From a bacterium (GTDB lineage Bacteria > SAR324 > NAC60-12), in NCBI GenBank assembly GCA_965233585.1, contig CBDDTI010000747.1:320001-384000 (forward strand): a stretch of DNA of 64,000 bases, read 5' to 3'. The translations under genes and the position numbers were made by a program. Each line of letters opens with the position of its first letter. The stretch's first letter is position 1. Shown here piece after piece: positions 48,556-56,582 of this stretch. The notes beneath the pieces are model-generated. The model was not told where the DNA came from and did not search any database. It saw only the letters and a list, made by a program, of their open reading frames with translations.

Positions 48556-51500
48556 ATGAATCTGTTAAAAAGATTTGCTCAAATCAGCTCCATCGCCCTA
48601 GCTTCTGCGATGATTGCTTCTTGTGCCAGCGACTCCAGTAGTTCTGGCTCTTCTTCTGAAGCTGAAACGACCGAAAACCCGACCGCTCAACAAAAAAAGG
48701 CAGAGGCAAAGCCGTCATACGCTTATGCCAAAACTGCTTTTGATGCCAGCAGTGACGCAGACTCTATGTCTATGAAAGAGTGTCAAGGGCGTGCAGGCGT
48801 GGAAATCAAAATGGGCATAGACAAAAATGCCGATGGCAAGCTGGAAGGCGATGAGGTCGCAAAAACCGAATACGTCTGCGATGGGGAGAAAGGTGCTGCA
48901 GGCGCTGCTGGTGCAAAAGGCGACTACACCAAAGTCCACACTGTCAGCTTTGACGGAGCTGGAGCTGCTGCTGCTGGGCAAACCCTAGTCAAAGACAACA
49001 CGAAATTCAAACCAGCCGTCACTTATGCAGGCACAACAGCCGCTTACTGCCAAACTGTTGGAGGCGTCCAAGTCAATTTCTACACTGAAAGTGGAGACAC
49101 TGCAGGATTTGATGCCAAAGACACCGTCCTCAAAACCACTTACGTCTGTAATGGTGTTGCTGGGGCAAAAGGTGATAAAGGTGACACTGGCAACAACGCC
49201 CCTGCTCAACTTGCCTATCAAGCTAAGTTTACTAAGAATTTAGCCACTGGCGTTAAAGGTACATCAGTTGCTGATGTCAATGTCATCACTAAAACTGGAC
49301 AATCTGGCTACAGCCGTGTCCTTTTTGATTATGATGAGGATGTTGGTACCGATGGTGCTGATAGCGACGGTAACAAGGCTAATGATTTTGTGAAAATCGG
49401 AGTGTTGAATGATGGCAAAGCTAGTGTGTTGGAAAACTGGAGCGCTTTGGGTGTAGTAACTAACTATTACAAAACAACAGCAGGCACACCTCCAACTGTG
49501 TTCTTCAATGTGACTAATGACCTCTATTACGTCAATGCTGATGACACGGCTGTCAAAGTAGATTTAACTGCAACCATAAGCCAAATCGTTTCAGCAGCAA
49601 CAGGCGTCTTTGTCATTGATAATTCTGACGGTGCGAGCGGTCTTTTCTTTGTTAAAACAGATGGCACCGTTGAAAACCTCAAAGGAAAAGGTATGGATTT
49701 CACGGGCGAAACTCCTAAAAACATAGAAGTCGTTGGTGATACTTTGTTTCTCAATGATACTTCTACAAAAACAGCATCGTTTATCGCTTCTTCCAAAAAC
49801 ATTCGGGAAAACGTCGGAATCGTCACAGGAGGAAAGGGAGCAACACTGGCAGCAGTTACTTTAACAACAGGCAGAACCATTGCAACAGGAGACACCACAC
49901 TTGAGAAAGGAAAGACAGGAGTCTTTGTGATTGACAAAAAAACTGGAGCTGATAGCGATCTATTCTTTATTAAAACCGATGGCAGTGTTGAAAACCTCAA
50001 ACCAACAGGTATGGACTTCAAAGGTGCAACCCCAGCAAACAGAGTTGTCATTGGTGATACCTTGTTTCTCAATGATAGTACGCAAGCAGCAGCCACTGTT
50101 GCCAGCGGTAAAACTCTTGTTGCAAACGTCGGAATCGTCACAGGAGGAAAGGGAGCAACACTGGCAGCAGTTACTTTAACAGCAGGCAGAACCATTGCAA
50201 CAGGAGACACCACACTTAAGGAAGGAAAGACAGGAGTCTTTGTGATTGACAAAAAAACTGGAGTTGATAGCGATCTATTCTTTATTAAAACCGATGGCAA
50301 TGTTGAAAACCTCAAACCAACAGGTATGGACTTCAAAGGTACAGCTCCTACCTCAGCCGTAGTTGATGATACTTTGTTTCTCCATAGTAGTAACGACGCT
50401 GCAGTGCTTGCCACTGCAGGCACCGCAGCACTTGATGAAAAAATTGGAAGAGTCCAAGTAACAGGAAATTCTCCAAAACTAGAAGCAGTTGGAGTGGCAG
50501 CCGTAACAAAAGACAATGTCTCCTTTGTGAAAGGAGAGACAGGAATCTTTGTCATTAAAAGCACAGGTGGTGGTAGCAAACTTTACTTTGTTGGTAAAGG
50601 TCAAACAGACGATGCTGATAGCCTAGCACCAACAGGTATGGATTTCAAAGGCGAGACCCTTGTCACAAAAGCAGTTGACGATACTTTGTTTCTCACGACT
50701 CAAGGAGCCTCTGCAGTGGTCACTAGTGTTGGTACCGTTGAACTTACTAAAAAAGTCGCAAGAGCCGCTAAATTGAAAAACGGCAACGTTTCCAATCTAG
50801 CGTTAGTTACAGGATTAGCTGCTAGCACAGCAACCAATGTCTCCTTTGTGGAAGGAAAGACAGGAATCTTTGTGGTTGATAAAACTACAGGTGCTGATAG
50901 CAAACTTTACTTTGTTGGCAAAACTGACAATGCTGAAGACCTCACTGATAGCATAGATTTCAAAGGTAAGGCAGTGGCAAAAAAACAAGTTGTCAGCACT
51001 TTTGACAAAAATGGTGTTGCTACAGGAGACAAGCTACATCTTCTTGGCGATGGAACAAACGCAGGTACAACATACAAAGACAACCCTGGTATTGCCTTTT
51101 CAAGTGGTGAGACCAAACATCGCTTACTCAATCCACAACACGGCACTATCGTCGATAGGCAAGCAGTGCATTTTGGAGGCAAGTTGTATTTTGGCAGCGG
51201 TTCGTATCTCTGGGAAAGTGACGGAACAAAAGCAGGCACTAAAGTTCTTGGCAAGCACACTGTCACGTCTATCACCACAGACGGCACTGACGTTTATTTT
51301 GCAACATCGGCAGACCTTTATAAGCTCACTGTTTCTACTGGCGCCATTGCCACTTTTGGAGGCAGCAATGCTGCTGTTGGTGACATGACCCACCTCAAAG
51401 TGATTGATGGAAAACTTTTTGGTGTGAAGAAAGATGGATCTAACAAACTTGACTTGGTTTACGTCAAATCAGATGCCAATGCTGTTGTTGTTGGAAAATC

Positions 51501-52170
51501 TGATGGCGTTCTTGGCGATGTTGCTTCACTGCATGTGCTAGGTTCAGGAAACACTGCCAAAGTCATTGCTGTTGGTGCTAGCAAACTTGCTTATGCCGAT
51601 AAAGATGACGATGGTAGCGGTAATGACAAGAAAGCAACAGAAATCAAAAACGGTTCAAATGCTATTGCCGCAAAAAATCCTGTAGTTGCTGGTGATGTGT
51701 TGTTTTTCTTACAAGCTAGCAAAGCTCTCTTTGTGACTCAAGGTGCAACAGACACAACCTTTCAAGTGAAAGATGATGCTGGTGCAGTGAAAATTGGTAC
51801 CGTTGGTGCGTTCCCAGCCTCCAAAGTAGGCAGTTCTTACTATGTGCTAATTGACAAGAAATTGTACGAAGTTGATAAGTCTGATGGTAGTGCAGAGGTT
51901 GTAGATTATGGTGCTGATAGTGGTAGCAATTTGGCAGTGGTCAAGAAAGGTAGCGATTATTACTTGTTTGTCACTGGTCGTGGTGAGGTGTTTGTGAAAA
52001 AAGAAGCTGCTAATGAAGTTTTTAAAGCAACCAATCTCGCACGTTATGGGCTGACTGGAGTCGATCAACCCACTGTTGTTGGCAGTAAACTTTATTTCTT
52101 GGCAAATAGTAGCGCCAGTGCTTACTTTTCAAATCACGGAATAGAGTGGTTTTACACAGAACAGAAATAA
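48556..52170 (+). CDS. Large surface lipoprotein or adhesin-like protein with collagen-like GXY stretches, ~105-aa beta repeats and an ELWxxDGT-type propeller region
   Basis: AAGGA RBS; lipobox IASC; Ser-rich linker; YVCDGEKGAAGAAGAKGD and YVCNGVAGAKGDKGDTG; recurring GMDFKG..DTLFL..GKTG(V/I)FV; YLWESDGTKAGT. Confidence 0.85.
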   Translation: MNLLKRFAQISSIALASAMIASCASDSSSSGSSSEAETTENPTAQQKKAEAKPSYAYAKTAFDASSDADSMSMKECQGRAGVEIKMGIDKNADGKLEGDEVAKTEYVCDGEKGAAGAAGAKGDYTKVHTVSFDGAGAAAAGQTLVKDNTKFKPAVTYAGTTAAYCQTVGGVQVNFYTESGDTAGFDAKDTVLKTTYVCNGVAGAKGDKGDTGNNAPAQLAYQAKFTKNLATGVKGTSVADVNVITKTGQSGYSRVLFDYDEDVGTDGADSDGNKANDFVKIGVLNDGKASVLENWSALGVVTNYYKTTAGTPPTVFFNVTNDLYYVNADDTAVKVDLTATISQIVSAATGVFVIDNSDGASGLFFVKTDGTVENLKGKGMDFTGETPKNIEVVGDTLFLNDTSTKTASFIASSKNIRENVGIVTGGKGATLAAVTLTTGRTIATGDTTLEKGKTGVFVIDKKTGADSDLFFIKTDGSVENLKPTGMDFKGATPANRVVIGDTLFLNDSTQAAATVASGKTLVANVGIVTGGKGATLAAVTLTAGRTIATGDTTLKEGKTGVFVIDKKTGVDSDLFFIKTDGNVENLKPTGMDFKGTAPTSAVVDDTLFLHSSNDAAVLATAGTAALDEKIGRVQVTGNSPKLEAVGVAAVTKDNVSFVKGETGIFVIKSTGGGSKLYFVGKGQTDDADSLAPTGMDFKGETLVTKAVDDTLFLTTQGASAVVTSVGTVELTKKVARAAKLKNGNVSNLALVTGLAASTATNVSFVEGKTGIFVVDKTTGADSKLYFVGKTDNAEDLTDSIDFKGKAVAKKQVVSTFDKNGVATGDKLHLLGDGTNAGTTYKDNPGIAFSSGETKHRLLNPQHGTIVDRQAVHFGGKLYFGSGSYLWESDGTKAGTKVLGKHTVTSITTDGTDVYFATSADLYKLTVSTGAIATFGGSNAAVGDMTHLKVIDGKLFGVKKDGSNKLDLVYVKSDANAVVVGKSDGVLGDVASLHVLGSGNTAKVIAVGASKLAYADKDDDGSGNDKKATEIKNGSNAIAAKNPVVAGDVLFFLQASKALFVTQGATDTTFQVKDDAGAVKIGTVGAFPASKVGSSYYVLIDKKLYEVDKSDGSAEVVDYGADSGSNLAVVKKGSDYYLFVTGRGEVFVKKEAANEVFKATNLARYGLTGVDQPTVVGSKLYFLANSSASAYFSNHGIEWFYTEQK
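49809..50340 (+). repeat. Near-identical intragenic repeat with 315-bp period
   Basis: 49809-50025 versus 50124-50340 differ at only a few bases. Confidence 0.9.
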
Positions 52171-52236
52171 GCTGACTCTTTCTGGCTTGTGCATATCGGG
52201 TGCAATCTCCTTAAATTGCCCCTTGCGTTTAAGTCA

Positions 52237-52680
52237 TTGCAGGCGTGTTTTTGTCATAGCTCACCTTGAAAACCGTCATTGCGGGCTTGACCCGCAATCT
52301 CATTCTTTTTTTGAGATTCCGCATCAAGTGCGGAATGACAGAGGGCGTTTGAGATTCCGCATCAAGTGCGGAATGACGGAGGACTTTTGAGATTCCGCAT
52401 CAAGTACAGAATGACGGAGGACTTTTGAGATTCCGCATCAAGTGCGGAATGACGGAGGGTCGCACAGAATGACGAAAAGCCAAGCCAACTCTTACCTTTC
52501 TCTTGCTTGTGTGGGGTGCTGTCTTTCAGAGACTGTCCTTGCACAAGTCAGCCTTTTCCTTTCTCATTCCCCTCTTTTTGAGGGGTCTCACCTTCTTTCA
52601 CCTGATAACTTGTTTTTGAGTCCCTACACCACCGTCATTGCGGGCGTGTCTTGGTCATTCGGAGCGAAAGAACGTCACCC
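52237..52680. repeat. REP-like palindrome cluster
   Basis: Four GAGATTCCGCATCAAGT(G/A)C(G/A)GAATGAC units plus GTCATTGCGGGCTTGACCCGCAATCTC. Confidence 0.88.
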
Positions 52681-52691
52681 CTGTGAAAACA

Positions 52692-53461
52692 GGCAGTGTT
52701 CACTTGGTGTTATTGCATGTGAGAGTGAATTTGAGGAATGGGGATGAGAAGTTGTCATCATTGTGGGAGTCAGAATGACATCAAGAATGGAAGTTGCAAA
52801 GGAGTGCAGAGATATGTTTGCAAATCATGTGGGAGGTCGTTCAGTTCAAATGGGTTGAGAATCCCACTAGAGACGAAGCGTCAAGCGTTAGAAATGTCTG
52901 TCAATAGTGTAGGCATCAGAAAGATAGCTCGTTTTGTGCAGGTGTCTCCAACTTCTGTTCTCAACTGGATCAAAAAAGCCAGAGTGTCTCAAATCCCAAA
53001 AGACGCACCAAGTTTCCATGAACAAGTAGATAGTATAGAGATGGATGAGATCTATACTTTTGTTCAAAAAAAAGTCAAAGAGTAGCCGTTTGGACAGCAG
53101 ACTCTCGTAGAAAGCAATGTGTGATTGCCTTTGTGATAGGCAAAGGATTGGCAGCTGCCCAAAAGTTGTATGCACTAGTCAAAGAACAGCGACCTAGAAT
53201 GAAGACGATCTATACCGATGCCAACTCATGCTATCAAGTGGCATTTGCTCAATGACAAATTCAACAGAACCACGAAATAGGCAAGAGAAATACTCATCTC
53301 ATTGAATCTTCTAATTCTTCCATCAGAGATAACCTAGCTCGCTTGATGAGAACATCTAAACGACATTCTAAAACTTTGGACATGCTGGAACACTCTCTCA
53401 AACTCTTCTTTGACTATAAAAGACTTGAAAAATATCATGCCAACACTAAGTGAACACTGCC
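52692..53461 (+). mobile_element. IS1-family element, copy 1 (InsB interrupted by TGA)
   Basis: IRs GGCAGTGTTCACTTGGTGTT / AACACTAAGTGAACACTGCC; InsA 52738-53085 with EMDEIYTFVQKK and an A-run; -1 frame has a stop at 53253-53255. Confidence 0.92.
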
Positions 53462-53469
53462 TCACAGAA

Positions 53470-54240
53470 GGCAGTGTTCACTTGGTGTTGTTATTGCATG
53501 TGAGAGTGAATTTGAGGAATGGGGATGAGAAGTTGTCATCATTGTGGGAGTCAGAATGACATCAAGAATGGAAGTTGCAAAGGAGTGCAGAGATATGTTT
53601 GCAAATCATGTGGGAGGTCGTTCAGTTCAAATGGGTTGAGAATCCCACTAGAGACGAAGCGTCAAGCGTTAGAAATGTCTGTCAATAGTGTAGGCATCAG
53701 AAAGATAGCTCGTTTTGTGCAGGTATCTCCAACTTCTGTTCTCAACTGGATCAAAAAAGCCAGAGTGTCTCAAATCCCAAAAGACGCACCAAGTTTCCAT
53801 GAACAAGTAGATAGTATAGAGATGGATGAGATCTATACTTTTGTTCAAAAAAAAGTCAAAGAGTAGCCGTTTGGACAGCAGACTCTCGTAGAAAGCAATG
53901 TGTGATTGCCTTTGTGATAGGCAAAGGATTGGCAGCTGCCCAAAAGTTGTATGCACTAGTCAAAGAACAGCGACCTAGAATGAAGACGATCTATACCGAT
54001 GCCAACTCATGCTATCAAGTGGCATTTGCTCAATGACAAATTCAACAGAACCACGAAATAGGCAAGAGAAATACTCATCTCATTGAATCTTCTAATTCTT
54101 CCATCAGAGATAACCTAGCTCGTTTTATGAGAAAATCTAAACAACATTCTAAAACTTTGGACATGCTGGAACTCTCTCAAACTCTTCTTTGACTATAAAA
54201 GACTTGAAAAATATCACACCAACACCAAGTGAACACTTCC
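53470..54240 (+). mobile_element. IS1-family element, copy 2 in tandem (same TGA, further 3' decay)
   Basis: Near-identical to copy 1 and 8 bp downstream of it; TGA at 54034-54036; right end AAGTGAACACTTCC. Confidence 0.92.
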
Positions 54241-54295
54241 CTGACAAGAGGGGTGTCCCAAAGGGACGGGGTGTTTCAATTTCCCTCTCTTTTTT

Positions 54296-54541
54296 TCTGT
54301 CACTTGAGTGCTTGACACGGAATCTCAAAAAAAGGAGTTGTTGGCAAAAAGACAAGGGAGATTGCGGGTCAAGCCCGCAATGACTTTTTTTCAAGGTCAG
54401 CAATGATGAAAAGACACGCCTGCAAAACCTCTCAGTCATTCCGCACTTGATGCAGAATCTATCGTCAACATCGCATGGATTCCTGCTTTCGCAGGAATGA
54501 CGGCAGTACAGAGATTGCTCGTCAAGGTGAGCAATGACAGC
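54296..54541. repeat. REP-like palindrome cluster
   Basis: GAGATTGCGGGTCAAGCCCGCAATGAC, GTCATTCCGCACTTGATGCAGAATC, GGATTCCTGCTTTCGCAGGAATGACGG. Confidence 0.88.
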
Positions 54542-54553
54542 GAAATCATGCCT

Positions 54554-55723
54554 TTAGAAAAAGGGCAGTAGTTGCTCAATGATAGCAGCACCGCCAAGTA
54601 TTGTGCCAATGTTACTGCCGATGTTAGCAAAAATGACAATCAACAAAACACGAGTGATCTTATTTTTCCAGAAGCCAGACAACGAAAAGACATCATCAGA
54701 TAAACTTTCAAAATCCTTGACTTGAGGTTTTCTGACGTAAAGTTCCACAAATCCTGCAACCCAACCTGCAGCTAACATTGGATTGAGTGAAGTAATGGGT
54801 GCAGCAATAAATGCGGCAATAATCGTCAAAGGGTGTGCCAGTGCAAACAAAGTTCCCAGTGCTGACAAGCCTCCGTTAATCAAAACCCAACGCCACACCA
54901 GTTCATAACTCTGTTGCAAATCTATTTTGGTAAATCCGTAAATAAACAATCCAATAATGGCAGCAGGGATTCCCCATTTTAAAATTTTTGATAGATTGCT
55001 TGAATCAGGCAAGGTCTCTAGCTCGCTACATGATGGGGCATCTTGCTCTGATTCAAGATGTCGTTTGACCCCCTCTAAATGACCTGCTCCAATGACTGCA
55101 ACAATCTTGCTTCCTTGTGCATGACGGATTTTTTCTGCAAGATATTGGTCTCTTTCATCAACAACAACTTGCTTCACCGTAGGAGAGATGTCTTCAAACT
55201 CTCGCATGGATTCAGAAAGGATGTCTCGTGATTGGAATTGTTCTATTTGATCTTGGTCAATTTGTTGGTTGTTAAAGATGGAGGAAAAAAAGTAGGTGAG
55301 TGTTTTAGACTTTTCTTTGGCAGGCATCATTCGCCAAGCCCTTTTAAATGTGACTTCAATAGGACGGTCTGCCATAATAACCTGTGCATGATGAGTTTTG
55401 GCTGTTTGAATCGCCTCCAACATTTCTTGACCCGGAGACACTCCCAAACCCTCACCTAGCCTTTTTTGAAAAGACCTTAAAATCAAATTTGCAAGCAGTA
55501 ATGCTGTTTTGTTTTCTTTCACCACTTTGAAAATATCTTGTTCTTGCCAATGCGTTTGACCAGTCAGTGCATCAAATCGGCTCTGGCATAACTCCACACA
55601 GACACAATCAGGCTTTTCCTGCTCTATGACCTCTCTCACTTCTACTACACTTGCTTGTGAAATATGTATAGAACCGATTAAAATGATTTTTTTATTGTCA
55701 ACTGAAAGAATATGATGCGCCAT
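54554..55723 (-). CDS. TraB/GumN family (pheromone-shutdown PrgY-like) membrane protein
   Basis: LIGSIHIS, VCVELC, PGQEM, DERDQYLA, VIGAGH; C-terminal TMs with APITSLNP. Confidence 0.9.
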   Translation of the reverse strand: MAHHILSVDNKKIILIGSIHISQASVVEVREVIEQEKPDCVCVELCQSRFDALTGQTHWQEQDIFKVVKENKTALLLANLILRSFQKRLGEGLGVSPGQEMLEAIQTAKTHHAQVIMADRPIEVTFKRAWRMMPAKEKSKTLTYFFSSIFNNQQIDQDQIEQFQSRDILSESMREFEDISPTVKQVVVDERDQYLAEKIRHAQGSKIVAVIGAGHLEGVKRHLESEQDAPSCSELETLPDSSNLSKILKWGIPAAIIGLFIYGFTKIDLQQSYELVWRWVLINGGLSALGTLFALAHPLTIIAAFIAAPITSLNPMLAAGWVAGFVELYVRKPQVKDFESLSDDVFSLSGFWKNKITRVLLIVIFANIGSNIGTILGGAAIIEQLLPFF

Positions 55724-56467
55724 TTAAAAGTCGTTTTTGATCAAATCAAGAAAAGTCAAAGCTGCCATTATACTGGAGATTTTTTGAGAAAGAAACACTT
55801 GCAAGATTCTTTTCACACTCAAGAATTGCAAGAACTGATTCCCATTGTCTTAAAAATGTTAGATGTGCTTCACACTCTACCTTTTCAAACAGACTGGCAA
55901 AGGTCTCATTTGATTCAAACGGTCATCAAATTCTTAAAATCTGCTGAATTGCTGACATTGACTGCGTGGAAGTCTCCCAATCCTAAAAAATATCTTCAAT
56001 CTTGGAATTTGTCACAAAAACGTCATCAAGAATCTCTCTTTAATCTTTACTGTCGGATTGCTGAACAGCTGCTGTCTTGGTCAAGTCAGGTGTCTGAAGA
56101 ATGGATTAGCTCCAAAGATTTATGGCAGGATTATGGTTTTTTCGTGTTAGTGAATGACCCACGAGTTAAAAACTATTTTCACGCCTTACCTCACCAAGAA
56201 CACCAAATTGCAAGATATTATTTGCATTGCACACAATCTGTGTTTCAGGTTCACTTTGAAGAACTCATCAGACGCTTGTTCATCTGGATTTCCCATTGGA
56301 CAAAAGAAAGCTATTTTTTACCAACACTCAAAAGCCAAGCCAACGCAAATAATCCCAACCAATTATCAGATCTTCAAAAATGGAAGGCTCACTTGTTTGA
56401 GTCAGAAGATTGGGGACTCTTTGCCAGTGACTATCTGACCCTACTACAACCTAACCAAATGGAATAG
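55712..56467 (+). CDS. Hypothetical protein (true start probably downstream)
   Basis: 251-aa ORF filling the gap; no recognised motif; listed start overlaps the divergent TraB-family gene. Confidence 0.55.
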   Translation: MMRHLKVVFDQIKKSQSCHYTGDFLRKKHLQDSFHTQELQELIPIVLKMLDVLHTLPFQTDWQRSHLIQTVIKFLKSAELLTLTAWKSPNPKKYLQSWNLSQKRHQESLFNLYCRIAEQLLSWSSQVSEEWISSKDLWQDYGFFVLVNDPRVKNYFHALPHQEHQIARYYLHCTQSVFQVHFEELIRRLFIWISHWTKESYFLPTLKSQANANNPNQLSDLQKWKAHLFESEDWGLFASDYLTLLQPNQME

Positions 56468-56582
56468 TCCAAGTTATTGTTCGCTCAATATAGTCTTTTC
56501 AGAAAGACGTTTTTTCAAAAAGACGTCAAGATTTAAAAAATCCTTAATGATTCAAGCTGGGAAAAGTTTTTATAGTGGAAGG

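Noticed and set aside
49527..50579. 350-aa antisense ORF
   Set aside because: Shadow of the codon-biased repetitive lipoprotein gene on the opposite strand.
48556..52170. Diversity-generating retroelement template/variable repeat pair
   Set aside because: The repeats are in-frame tandem domains with very few differences, and no reverse transcriptase is in the window.
52312..52460. Second CRISPR-like short array
   Set aside because: Same REP hairpin with 10-11-bp, partly identical linkers.
2283..54036. TGA recoding suggested by in-frame TGA in the pseudogene and both IS copies
   Set aside because: Conserved genes have no internal TGA, use TGG for Trp, and several (ruvC, rpsA, tgt) end properly at TGA.
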